A DNA stretch of 64,000 nucleotides, taken from the NCBI GenBank assembly GCA_963665095.1, contig OY762069.1, positions 768,001-832,000 of the forward strand, written 5' to 3'. The translations under genes were made by a program, and so were the position numbers. How positions within the stretch are numbered: position 1 is the first letter of the stretch; each line of letters starts with the position of its first letter. This DNA is from an uncultured Desulfobacter sp. (lineage in GTDB: Bacteria; Desulfobacterota; Desulfobacteria; Desulfobacterales; Desulfobacteraceae). This document shows, piece by piece, positions 1-8,842 of this stretch. The notes under the pieces were generated by a model. That model had not been told where the DNA came from. It did not search any database and worked only from the letters and a program-made list of their open reading frames with translations.

Positions 1-441
1 CTGGCCTCTCCCATGCATGATGTGGGTAAAATTGGGATACCTGAAGCTATTTTAAATAAACCGGGCAAGCTCACGAAGCAGGAATTTGAGATGATGAAAA
101 ACCATGCCCGGATCGGATGGGAGATTTTGCATAAATCTGACCGCCCGATTATGAAAAGTGCCGCCATAACAGCGTTACAGCACCACGAACGCTGGGACGG
201 AAAAGGATATCCCCAAGGTCTTGCAGGTGAGAATATTCATATCTATGGTAGAATCGCGGCCATTGCTGATGTGTTTGATGCCTTAAGTCACAGCCGCTGT
301 TATAAAGACGCCTGGCCCAGGGAAAAAATTATCGAAATTTTTAAAAAGGATGCCGGGTCTCACTTTGATCCCAACCTTGCCGAGCTATTCTTAGTCCATC
401 TCGATGAGTTTTACGAAGTGAACTTCCGCTTCCCTGAATAA
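1..441 (+). CDS. HD-GYP domain c-di-GMP phosphodiesterase, C-terminal part (5' truncated by window)
   Basis: Frame open from base 1 (LASPMHDVGKIGIP); HD motif, HHERWDGKGYP and IADVFDAL motifs. Confidence 0.92.
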   Translation: MASPMHDVGKIGIPEAILNKPGKLTKQEFEMMKNHARIGWEILHKSDRPIMKSAAITALQHHERWDGKGYPQGLAGENIHIYGRIAAIADVFDALSHSRCYKDAWPREKIIEIFKKDAGSHFDPNLAELFLVHLDEFYEVNFRFPE

Positions 442-532
442 CCTACTAACAGTTAACAGTCATTTCTTTAATACTGAAAAAATTTGTTACGAAGCGTTTT
501 TTTGAGGAGCGAAAGGCCGTTCAAACAATTGT

Positions 533-697
533 TAAGGACCGCAGATGAAATAAAGTGGGCTAAATTGCGCCGAACTTTGGCTTATATACAAGGCGTATTA
601 AAGGTCTAATAGCAGGCCTATTCGGCCATTAATGCAACGAAGTAGATGAGCCAAAGGGCAAGTAATTTTGTTCACTTTATAAAATTTGTGGTCCTAA
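533..697. repeat. ~165-bp imperfect palindromic element (MITE/REP-like)
   Basis: Left end aggaccgcagatgaaataaagtgggctaaatt matches the reverse complement of the right end (aggaccacaaattttataaagtgaacaaaatt). Inner arms ctttggcttatatac/gtagatgagccaaag and attaaaggtctaatag/ctattcggccattaat nest into one long hairpin. TAA at both ends. Confidence 0.7.
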
Positions 698-993
698 GAG
701 ATTGCTGGGGACTGTTTGGCGTTAAAACTTGAAATATACCAGGGTGCAGATTTATATTTAAGACGGTTCAACCCTTTGGTTTCAAGAGCGTTAACAGCAA
801 GCGAAAAGGTGTGGTAATCAATGTCAATATCTTCCCAACCCAAATATTTAAGACGTTTGCGGGCCTGGCAGTACGACATATTCGGATTGACCAGGAAGGC
901 ATTGGCAAGGCTGCGGATAAATCCGGGAATCAATGCAGGATCAACCCCGTTTTCCATCAGTTTTTTTACCAGTTTCTGATCAATAATTGTCAT
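694..993 (-). CDS. Hypothetical protein (~99 aa; ORF track extends it to 1071)
   Basis: Protein-like sequence from MTIIDQKL; the upstream extension is AT-rich and probably non-coding. Confidence 0.6.
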   Translation of the reverse strand: MTIIDQKLVKKLMENGVDPALIPGFIRSLANAFLVNPNMSYCQARKRLKYLGWEDIDIDYHTFSLAVNALETKGLNRLKYKSAPWYISSFNAKQSPAIS

Positions 994-1381
994 ATATTTG
1001 CCGTTAAATACCCTGTTGTTAATGTGATTGATTATAACCCTGAATAGGTGTTTAATTTTCACATCTATCAATCCAATTAGAACCCACGATAGTTTAGAAA
1101 GATATCCAAGTCAAACCGGATGAGTCATAATTAAGAAATTTTTTTGTAATTTTGTTTCCGAAATTCAATAGTTCCACGGATTGATAAAATTATGAAATAA
1201 AATTTCCGTTCATTTCCATCGTATTCTTTTGATATTCTTCCGTTATGGTATAAAACCTCTCTTTTTCTTCGTGGAATACTTTATTGGTCAAGTTTCGCTT
1301 TCTTTATGATTTTGGTGATGTTAATTTATTAAAAAGTTTAATAAGGTTTAGAAAGAAGAATTAAGTAGCAGGCGATTTATT

Positions 1382-1954
1382 ATGGTAGATACATTTTCTG
1401 ACAAACAGGGGCAGGCTCTTTTAAAAATGGCGCGTTGCAGTATTGCACAAAAGCTCGGACTTGTCTGGGATGACTTTCAAACGGATGAAAGCCAGGCTTT
1501 TCTTGAAAAGAAGCGTGGCCTGTTTGTGACGCTCCATAAACATGGGGATTTAAGAGGGTGTATTGGTATTATTGAACCGATTCAGTCCCTGAAAAAGGGT
1601 ATATGGGAAACGGCCAGGCTTGCTGCTTTCAAAGACACACGATTTTCACCGCTTATTCCCAGTGAATTTCAGCAGATTGATATAGAAGTCAGTCTGTTGT
1701 CAGTCCCTGAGAAATTGGAATATGGCAGCTCGCAGGATTTACTCCAGCGTCTCAAACCTTTCAGGGATGGCGTGATTCTAGAGAAGGGATATGCCAGAGC
1801 AACCTTTCTGCCACAGGTCTGGGCGCAGCTTCCCGATCCGTCATCTTTTCTGGAACGACTGTCCATGAAAGCCGGACTTGATGCTGATGAGTGGGCAAAA
1901 GGGGAGATCACCGTTTATACCTACGGGGTCCAGGTCTTTAGTGAAAAGACATGA
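1382..1954 (+). CDS. amrA: AMMECR1-domain protein (AmmeMemoRadiSam system protein A)
   Basis: GLFVTL..GDLRGCIG, AAFKDTRF, EVSLLS and ATFLPQVW motifs. Confidence 0.9.
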   Translation: MVDTFSDKQGQALLKMARCSIAQKLGLVWDDFQTDESQAFLEKKRGLFVTLHKHGDLRGCIGIIEPIQSLKKGIWETARLAAFKDTRFSPLIPSEFQQIDIEVSLLSVPEKLEYGSSQDLLQRLKPFRDGVILEKGYARATFLPQVWAQLPDPSSFLERLSMKAGLDADEWAKGEITVYTYGVQVFSEKT

Positions 1955-2038
1955 ACCCCCAATGCTGGGCATCATACTGACTGTCTGCAGGTCAATGACT
2001 TATCAGAAAACACCGAATATCAGGATATACATAAAGTT

Positions 2039-2305
2039 ATGGGGGTAGATCAGCAATTACTGGAAATCATCTTGTCCATTAAAAACAAGGACGATCTTAA
2101 ACATTTCTTTGAAGAGATTTTTACCCCGGCGGAACTTGCCGATCTGACTTTGCGCTGGAAGTTATTAAAGGATCTGCATGGGGGGATGACCCAGCGCAAG
2201 ATAGCTGAGAAATACAGTATCAGCCTGTGCAAAATTACAAGAGGCTCAAAGGTTCTCAAAAAGGAGGGCTCAGTGACCCTCAAGTTGTTGGGCACACTTA
2301 AATAG
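2039..2305 (+). CDS. TrpR/YerC-YecD family repressor
   Basis: FTPAEL..L..RW, TQRKIA and SLCKITRGS helix-turn-helix pattern. Confidence 0.85.
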   Translation: MGVDQQLLEIILSIKNKDDLKHFFEEIFTPAELADLTLRWKLLKDLHGGMTQRKIAEKYSISLCKITRGSKVLKKEGSVTLKLLGTLK

Positions 2306-2330
2306 TGCCTGAACGAAAACCCCTTGTTTG

Positions 2331-2384
2331 GTGTTTGAACGGCTCGAAGAGGAGCTTCAGCTCCTCTTCGAGCCGTTCAAACAC
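2331..2384. repeat. Perfect 26-bp inverted repeat with 2-nt spacer between convergent genes
   Basis: gtgtttgaacggctcgaagaggagct-tc-agctcctcttcgagccgttcaaacac. Confidence 0.95.
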
Positions 2385-2992
2385 TAAATAACAAGTAATT
2401 CCAGGGCAAGCTTTGACCATAGCTCCAGGTTCAGCTGTGCAATATTTTTAGTGGGGTGCCAGGTAAAACTGTGAAGTTCAGGGCCCGGCACATAGCTTTT
2501 GGCGGAGCCTGTTATTATTTTGAAAACAGCACCCAGATGAACGCATCCCACAGGGGTGATATCCTCGCTGATGATTCCTGCAAATTCAATGGGATCTGAC
2601 AGGGGGCGGCTGACAAGTTCTTCATCCAGTTCTCTGCTCATGCCGTTTTTTAAAATTTTTTGAAAATCGTCTGTATCTGATATTTTATCTTCAGGATTGA
2701 TGTGTCCGCCAATGCCTATGGACCAGAGATCATGAAGTCGTTTTTCACTTCCCTGTCTGTTGTAGGCGGCTGTCATGCTGCCATCCACTGTCTGAACCAG
2801 GATATAGGGAATAATCTGTTTTTTTTTATTGTCTTTCTCTGCCCTGGACCGATTTATAAAATGAAATCCGCTTTGGGTGCACGTGGCTGTGAAGGTGGAA
2901 AAATTCATGGGAAGAACGGTCCTTTGAGACACCCATTCCGGGGGGAGTGCGTTACGGTCAATGCATAGTACCTGCTCTTTATTTGCGGACAT
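2384..2992 (-). CDS. NUDIX-fold predicted phosphoesterase
   Basis: KQIIPY, EKRLHDLWSIGIGGHIN, RELDEE and VHLG motifs. Confidence 0.75.
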   Translation of the reverse strand: MSANKEQVLCIDRNALPPEWVSQRTVLPMNFSTFTATCTQSGFHFINRSRAEKDNKKKQIIPYILVQTVDGSMTAAYNRQGSEKRLHDLWSIGIGGHINPEDKISDTDDFQKILKNGMSRELDEELVSRPLSDPIEFAGIISEDITPVGCVHLGAVFKIITGSAKSYVPGPELHSFTWHPTKNIAQLNLELWSKLALELLVI

Positions 2993-3130
2993 TTGTCTAT
3001 TCCTTCTTTTTTTGTACAGCCGTTTTTTATTTCCGTTATAGTACTTGTTAAGATTATCAGCAGATTAAACCGGAGTAGTTTGTGTCTGCCCGTAACCAAG
3101 CAGCACCGGTTGTATCATAATTATCATTAA

Positions 3131-3146
3131 AGGCATACCATCTGCA
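3131..3146 (+). promoter_or_regulatory. Possible sigma-54 -24/-12 promoter
   Basis: AGGCATACCATCTGCA has GG-N10-GC spacing, ~75 bp upstream of the cyclodeaminase gene. Confidence 0.3.
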
Positions 3147-3218
3147 GTTTCCATGGCCTTTTTTTCATGCGTGTGGTATGGGAATGCAGTATTGTAAAGC
3201 GATATAAGGAGAATTAAG

Positions 3219-4193
3219 ATGCGCTATTTCAGTAAAAAAGATATTTTAACGGTTGATCTGTCAGTGGTCCTTGATGCAATCTCCAACGCCTATGAGCTGG
3301 TGCTTGATGAGAAATATAATATGCCAGACAGAAGTCATGTTCAGGATAAAGACAATACCCTGTTGCTGATGCCCTGTTTTGCCGGTGGCTATTTTGCCAC
3401 CAAGCTGGTGTCTGTTTTTCCCGATGCCCCTAAAAAAGGGGCTCCGGCAGTTAACGGCATCATGACCCTGGCCGATAATGACACAGGTATGCCGTTGGCT
3501 GTCATGGACGGTGCCGCCTTGACTGCCCTTCGCACAGGCGCTGTAGGGGGGCTTGCCGTAAAATTTTTAACCCGGGAAAATATCGAAACTGCAGGCCTTA
3601 TCGGGGCAGGGGTCCAGGGGATGTCCCAGGTGAGATATCTGCTGCATAGCCGGAAGGTGAAACAGTTGAAGATTTTCGACCATTATCCGGAAGCAGCCCG
3701 GTCCATGGCTGAAGCTCTTGGAAAGAGCTACGGGGATGTTGAGTTCACGGTGGCAGATACAGCTGACAGCTTGGTCGCGTCCAGCGAACTGGTCATTGCC
3801 ACCACCACCAGCAAAACCCCTTTATTCAGCAATGACCCGGATCTGGTAAAGGGGAAAACGTTTATTTCCATCGGTTCCTTTCGTCCCGACATGAAGGAGT
3901 TCCCAGATGCGGTTGTTGAAACTGCAGACCGGATTTTTGTCGACACTCCTTTTGCAGCGAGGGAATCCGGTGATTTAAGCCAGCCTCTGGAGCGGGGAGT
4001 TATCAAAAAGGAGAATATCCTCTCCTTTGCACATCTGGTCCGCCAGCCTCTGACGGCGCCCCGGTTGACAGATTCGGCCTATTGCACCCTGTTTTTTAAA
4101 TCTGTTGGCATGGCTTTGTTCGATCTGACTGTGGCAATTGCTGTTTATGAACTGGCAGAAAAACAGAATCTGGGCATTACACTGGATTTTTAA
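3219..4193 (+). CDS. Ornithine cyclodeaminase / mu-crystallin family protein
   Basis: LLMP, TKLVSVFP, LTALRTGA, GAGVQG and FKSVGMALFD motifs; AGGAG RBS. Confidence 0.9.
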   Translation: MRYFSKKDILTVDLSVVLDAISNAYELVLDEKYNMPDRSHVQDKDNTLLLMPCFAGGYFATKLVSVFPDAPKKGAPAVNGIMTLADNDTGMPLAVMDGAALTALRTGAVGGLAVKFLTRENIETAGLIGAGVQGMSQVRYLLHSRKVKQLKIFDHYPEAARSMAEALGKSYGDVEFTVADTADSLVASSELVIATTTSKTPLFSNDPDLVKGKTFISIGSFRPDMKEFPDAVVETADRIFVDTPFAARESGDLSQPLERGVIKKENILSFAHLVRQPLTAPRLTDSAYCTLFFKSVGMALFDLTVAIAVYELAEKQNLGITLDF

Positions 4194-4219
4194 AAGAAGT
4201 TGCACAAGGGATAAAAAAA

Positions 4220-4294
4220 TGGAGCGGGAAACGGGATTTGAACCCGCGACTTCGACCTTGGCAAGGTCGCACTCTACCACTGAGTTATTCCCGC
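4220..4294 (-). tRNA. tRNA-Gly (GCC)
   Basis: Reverse strand reads GCGGGAATAACTCAGTGGTAGAGTGCGACCTTGCCAAGGTCGAAGTCGCGGGTTCAAATCCCGTTTCCCGCTCCA: cloverleaf, GCC anticodon, encoded CCA. Confidence 0.97.
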
Positions 4295-4382
4295 TCAGCA
4301 AAAGTGGCACTACTTTTATTAAAAAAGACAAACCTTGTCAAGCAAAGAATAGACGGTTGAACACAAAATTTTTGGCAAACAA

Positions 4383-5393
4383 ATGGTAACTGAAAAAATA
4401 AACTTGGGCAGAACACTGGTTACAGGCGGCGGCGGTTTTCTGGGAAAGACGGTTGTAAAAAAACTTGTTGCCAAAGGTATCGAGGTTTTTTCCTTTTCCC
4501 GTAGCCGATATCCTGAACTGGACCGCCTTGGTGTCACCCAAATTCAGGGGGATTTGGCTGACGCGCAAACTGTGACAGACGCTTTCAAGGGAATGGATAC
4601 CGTGTTTCATACGGCAGCAAAACCTGGTATCTGGGGGACCTGGGAAGAATATTTTAAGGTCAATGTCACAGGTACAGTTCATGTCATTGAGGCCTGCCGG
4701 GAACACCAGGTCAAACAGCTGATTCACACAAGTTCTCCTTCGGTGGTGTTCGATGATAAGGACATGCATGGTGCCAATGAGTCTGTTCCCTATCCCGCCA
4801 AATACCTGGCACCCTATCCGGAAACCAAAGCCATGGCGGAAAAAGAGGTGATCAAGGCTGTCCGGTCCGGCCTTTGCGCGGTTATATTAAGGCCCCATCT
4901 GATCTGGGGACCGGAAGACAATCACCTGGTACCGGGAATTATCAGCCGGGCGTCCCGGCTTAAGGTCATCGGACCAGACACGGATCTGGTGGATACCATC
5001 TATGTGGATAATGCTGCAGACGCTCATATTCTGGCTGCAGAAAAACTGGTTATGAATCCTGATCTTTCAGGAAATGTTTATTTTATCAGCCAGGATGAGC
5101 CCATGTCAAAATGGACCCTTGCCAATGCCTTTCTGGCAGCCGCAGGCCTGCCTCCCATCAAGGGCCGGGTGTCAGCACGGACAGCCTATGCTGCCGGCTG
5201 GTTGTTTGAATTTATTTACCGCACCTTTGGCATCCGGAAAGATCCGCCCATGACCCGGTTTGCAGCTAAGGAGCTTGCCACTTCCCACTGGTTTGATATC
5301 AGCCGGGCGAAAAAGGACTTGGGCTATGTGCCTCGCATATCCACCACTGAAGGGTTAAGGCGTCTTGAGGCATGGCTGTCGGGCAGAAAATAA
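4383..5393 (+). CDS. NAD-dependent epimerase / 3-beta-HSD family reductase (OleD-like)
   Basis: TGGGGFLG, TSSPSVV, YPETKAMAE (YxxxK) and LRPHLIWGP motifs. Confidence 0.85.
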   Translation: MVTEKINLGRTLVTGGGGFLGKTVVKKLVAKGIEVFSFSRSRYPELDRLGVTQIQGDLADAQTVTDAFKGMDTVFHTAAKPGIWGTWEEYFKVNVTGTVHVIEACREHQVKQLIHTSSPSVVFDDKDMHGANESVPYPAKYLAPYPETKAMAEKEVIKAVRSGLCAVILRPHLIWGPEDNHLVPGIISRASRLKVIGPDTDLVDTIYVDNAADAHILAAEKLVMNPDLSGNVYFISQDEPMSKWTLANAFLAAAGLPPIKGRVSARTAYAAGWLFEFIYRTFGIRKDPPMTRFAAKELATSHWFDISRAKKDLGYVPRISTTEGLRRLEAWLSGRK

Positions 5394-6661
5394 AAAATTT
5401 TATAGGTTCACCATCCCAGTTGAGGGAGAAAGCGCTCAGGGTACTTTATCGTGCTGCAAAGGGGTATCAACGTGATTCCTGCGCATTGCGGGCTTCGGCA
5501 TTGAGCATGTATACCCTTTTCAGTGTGGTGCCCGTCATGGCCATGGCATTCGGTATTGCTAAGGGATTCGGGTTCCAGCAGTTTCTTGAGGCCGAAATTC
5601 TGTCACTGTTTAAAGGCCGGGAGGAGATCGCCCAGAGCATGCTTGTTTTTACCAACAACCTGCTTGAAAAAACCCAGGGCGGCCTGATGGCGGTGCTCGG
5701 CGTGATTCTGCTGTTATATTCCCTGATCAAACTGATGTTTCATATTGAGGGAACCTTTAACCGGATATGGTGGGTGAAAGACGGCCGCCCCCTGATCAGA
5801 AAACTGACCGATTATCTGACCATTGCCATTGCCGCAGGATTGTTAGGGGTTTTGTCCGGGGCTGTAAATCTGTTTATGATTCCACATCTGGAGCATTTGT
5901 GGGCTTATCTGGGTGTGCCTGTTGACTTTAACGGCGTCATTTCTATTGTTTTCAGCCTGGCACCCTTTGTGGTAACCTGGGTGCTGTTTATGTTTTTTTA
6001 TGTGATTATGCCCCACAAAAAAGTCAATTTGCAGGCAGCTGCTGTGGGGGCTGTGATGGCCGGTACCCTATTTCAGATCATCCAGACCATTTTTTTAAAA
6101 TTTCAGGTATTTGTTACCGGTTACAATGCTATTTACGGCAGCTTTGCTGCACTGCCCCTGCTTTTAATCTGGCTGCAGATCTCCTGGAGTGTACTGCTTT
6201 ATGGCGCGGAAGTGGCCTTTGAATGGGAAAATACGGATAATGCAAGGACCCCGGACTTGACCCTTGACGCCATGAGTCCGCGTGCCAGAAAACTGGCCAT
6301 GCTGGAAATCGTCAAAGGCTGTGTTCTGCGGTTTGCCGAGAAACAAAAACCTGCAACAGATACTCGGATTGCAAGAGATTTGAATCTGCCGCTGACCATT
6401 GTGCACCACCTTCTGGAAATCCTGATGGATGCCAGAGTGCTGTTTGCGGTGAATATCGGGAATAACACCATCGGCTATACCCCGGCCATGGATATTGAGT
6501 GTCTGAGCATCATGGATGTCCTTGAGGCAGTGGAACACCGGGGCAGTGCAAAAGCATACACCGCGGTAACTTTGTTGACACAGGCGTTGGAAGACAGTCT
6601 GGACCGCTTTGAATCTGCAGCCCGAACAAGTGACGGAGAACGGTTGATAAAAGACCTTTAA
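5372..6661 (+). CDS. YihY/BrkB family membrane protein with C-terminal HTH-like extension
   Basis: ASALSMYTLFSVVP, FNRIW and YNAIYGSFAALP motifs; multiple TM helices. Confidence 0.88.
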   Translation: MAVGQKIKNFIGSPSQLREKALRVLYRAAKGYQRDSCALRASALSMYTLFSVVPVMAMAFGIAKGFGFQQFLEAEILSLFKGREEIAQSMLVFTNNLLEKTQGGLMAVLGVILLLYSLIKLMFHIEGTFNRIWWVKDGRPLIRKLTDYLTIAIAAGLLGVLSGAVNLFMIPHLEHLWAYLGVPVDFNGVISIVFSLAPFVVTWVLFMFFYVIMPHKKVNLQAAAVGAVMAGTLFQIIQTIFLKFQVFVTGYNAIYGSFAALPLLLIWLQISWSVLLYGAEVAFEWENTDNARTPDLTLDAMSPRARKLAMLEIVKGCVLRFAEKQKPATDTRIARDLNLPLTIVHHLLEILMDARVLFAVNIGNNTIGYTPAMDIECLSIMDVLEAVEHRGSAKAYTAVTLLTQALEDSLDRFESAARTSDGERLIKDL

Positions 6662-6709
6662 AGCCCATTGATTAGAATTTATAACGATAGGGAAGTGATG
6701 TTGATGCCA

Positions 6710-7576
6710 TCACGCTGAAGTCGTAATTTTGAAAAATTCCTTGATCTGGGTCTCGTTGGCTTTAAGTAATTCAATAACCTGCATCATGTTTAGTGCGCTG
6801 ATACCAATTTTTTCAGGGGCGTTTTTAATGGTAACAGGTACAGGGTTCCCCGAATGCCCTAAACCCGCCTTCTGGGTGAGGTAATCAGCAAGGTTAATGA
6901 TCATAGCCTGATGCCGGTATTGTGCGGGTGATGCCTCCGGTACATGGTGAAACCGGCAGGGCAGGATAATTGAGGCGGGAAAATTCCACCGGGTCATTAA
7001 AAGGGCTGATAATGCGGCATGATCCAGTTTGAACAGGGTATTTTCACTGAAATAAAGGGGCCGTTTGTTTTCCATGGCATACTGCCGGACTTCCATGTAC
7101 TCTTCTTTAAAATAGGCGGAAAATACCACCTTTCCGATATCATGGAGCAGGGCAGGTACAAAAATTTTACCGGCAATGTCCGGCGACGTCTGTTTTGCCA
7201 GCTCCTTTGCAGCAGTAGCCACCCCAATTCCGTGAATCCATAATGCTTTCATATCCAGGCTTAAACCTGAAGCATCCGATACACTGGATAAAAGTCCCAT
7301 TCCCATGGCAATTCCGATAATTTCATCAAAGCCAATAACGGAGATGGCCCGCTTAATGGTTTCCACTTTATTTTTCTGGGCATAATAGATGGAATTCGCA
7401 AGCTTGAGCAGTTTATTGGTCATGGCCAGATCATGGGAGATGATCTGGGCCAGATCGTCTGTGGTGGCGTTTTCGTCCGAGGCCGTTTTGATCAGGTTGT
7501 CCACAACCACCGGAAGCGTGGGAAGGTCACTTTCCCGCTTCTGGATCATGTTGAGAATACGTTCTTTGATTTCCAT
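6710..7576 (-). CDS. HDOD domain protein
   Basis: LPTLP, KLLKLANS, LLHDIGK and WNFP motifs. Confidence 0.9.
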   Translation of the reverse strand: MEIKERILNMIQKRESDLPTLPVVVDNLIKTASDENATTDDLAQIISHDLAMTNKLLKLANSIYYAQKNKVETIKRAISVIGFDEIIGIAMGMGLLSSVSDASGLSLDMKALWIHGIGVATAAKELAKQTSPDIAGKIFVPALLHDIGKVVFSAYFKEEYMEVRQYAMENKRPLYFSENTLFKLDHAALSALLMTRWNFPASIILPCRFHHVPEASPAQYRHQAMIINLADYLTQKAGLGHSGNPVPVTIKNAPEKIGISALNMMQVIELLKANETQIKEFFKITTSA

Positions 7577-7593
7577 TGAAGGGTCTGTACTTG

Positions 7594-7989
7594 TTAATGA
7601 AATCGCGTGATATTAATGCTGCCGTTTTCCGTCATTTCATCAAATTTTCTTCGTAAAAACCGTTTAAACATATTCCTGGTATGGGGCCATAAAAGTAAAA
7701 GCCCGGCTGTATCTGTTAAAAGCCCGGGTGTGATCAGAACGATTCCGGCTATGAGGATGATCAAAGCATCCATAAGTTCTTCAGCGGGCATGATGCCCTG
7801 ATTCAGGTTCTGCCTTACTTTGATCATGGTGTTCAGGCCTTCCATTCTGGCGAGCCAGGCCCCTGTAAAACCGGTAATAATGACCAGCATCACGGTGTTA
7901 AACCCACCTATAATACCTCCCAAATGTATGAGAATGTATAATTCAACAACAGGGATTAGTGTAAAGCAGAAAAACAGTTTGAAAAGCAT
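7594..7989 (-). CDS. fxsA: FxsA family membrane protein
   Basis: PVVELYIL and LITPGLLTD motifs; GGAG RBS before ATG at 7989. Confidence 0.88.
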   Translation of the reverse strand: MLFKLFFCFTLIPVVELYILIHLGGIIGGFNTVMLVIITGFTGAWLARMEGLNTMIKVRQNLNQGIMPAEELMDALIILIAGIVLITPGLLTDTAGLLLLWPHTRNMFKRFLRRKFDEMTENGSINITRFH

Positions 7990-8098
7990 GGGTGCTCCTT
8001 GTTTAGATACTCTTCTATGCATAATGGCGATGAACCCGGGTTTGTCAAGTATAGATTGCTTACTCTAACATGGGATTAAATATTTATGCAACATCGGG

Positions 8099-8842
8099 TT
8101 ATACTGCGTGTGCAATCCTGCCGTTGCTGCACGGTTGACCACACTGAGGGAAAAGCTGGCGTCCGGAGGTCCATATATCATCCGAGACCTTTTCATCAAC
8201 GGACTGGTTGAGAGTATCCAGGAACAGATTTCTGGATATTTCGCGAGCACCCATTCGCAACAGGTGGCCCGAGGTAACCTGGCAATCAATCATTTTAAAT
8301 CCCTGGAATGACAACTCCTGGGACAATGCCACAAGAGCTGTTTTGGAAGCGTCCGGCTCCCGGGAAAACATACTCTCCCCAAAAAATGATGTCCCCAGGC
8401 TTATACCGTAAAGTCCACCTACGAGCTGGTTATTCCTCCATGCTTCCACGGAATGGGCCACCCCCATTTTATGCAGGGTGATATAGGCTTCGATCATCTC
8501 TTCCACAAGCCAGGTGCCGCCAGGTTCGTTGCGTCTCGGTAGTGAACAGGCAAGGATGGTCTGTTCAAAATCGGTATTAATCCGAATGGTAAAAGGGTCT
8601 TTACGAATTTTTTTCTTAAGGCTTCTTGATATTCTTATTTCGGCTGGAGGGAGGATCAGCCGGGGATCCGGAGACCACCATAGAATCGGTTCACTATGGG
8701 AAAACCAGGGGAAAATGCCGTTTCGGTAAGCAAGGATCAGGCGTTGGGGGCTAAGATCGCCCCCTATACACAACAATCCGTCTGACCGGGCCAGCCAGGC
8801 TGGCGGAAATTCAATTTGTTTAGATAACCTGAAAAGGGGCAT
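8099..8842 (-). CDS. aat: Leucyl/phenylalanyl-tRNA--protein transferase
   Basis: GGDL, AYRNGIFPW, WWSPDPR, AHSVE and FFGESMFS motifs; start overlaps clpA stop. Confidence 0.96.
   Translation of the reverse strand: MPLFRLSKQIEFPPAWLARSDGLLCIGGDLSPQRLILAYRNGIFPWFSHSEPILWWSPDPRLILPPAEIRISRSLKKKIRKDPFTIRINTDFEQTILACSLPRRNEPGGTWLVEEMIEAYITLHKMGVAHSVEAWRNNQLVGGLYGISLGTSFFGESMFSREPDASKTALVALSQELSFQGFKMIDCQVTSGHLLRMGAREISRNLFLDTLNQSVDEKVSDDIWTSGRQLFPQCGQPCSNGRIAHAV

Noticed and set aside
4220..4294. tRNA-Gly as an island integration site
   Set aside because: No integrase nearby, no duplicated tRNA 3' end noticed, and flanking genes are ordinary
3975..4389. ORFs 3975-4331 (-) and 4138-4389 (+)
   Set aside because: They are translations across the tRNA gene and neighbouring CDS ends
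4383..5393. Olefin (oleABCD) biosynthesis cluster
   Set aside because: Only an OleD-like reductase is present; no oleA, oleB or oleC neighbours in the window
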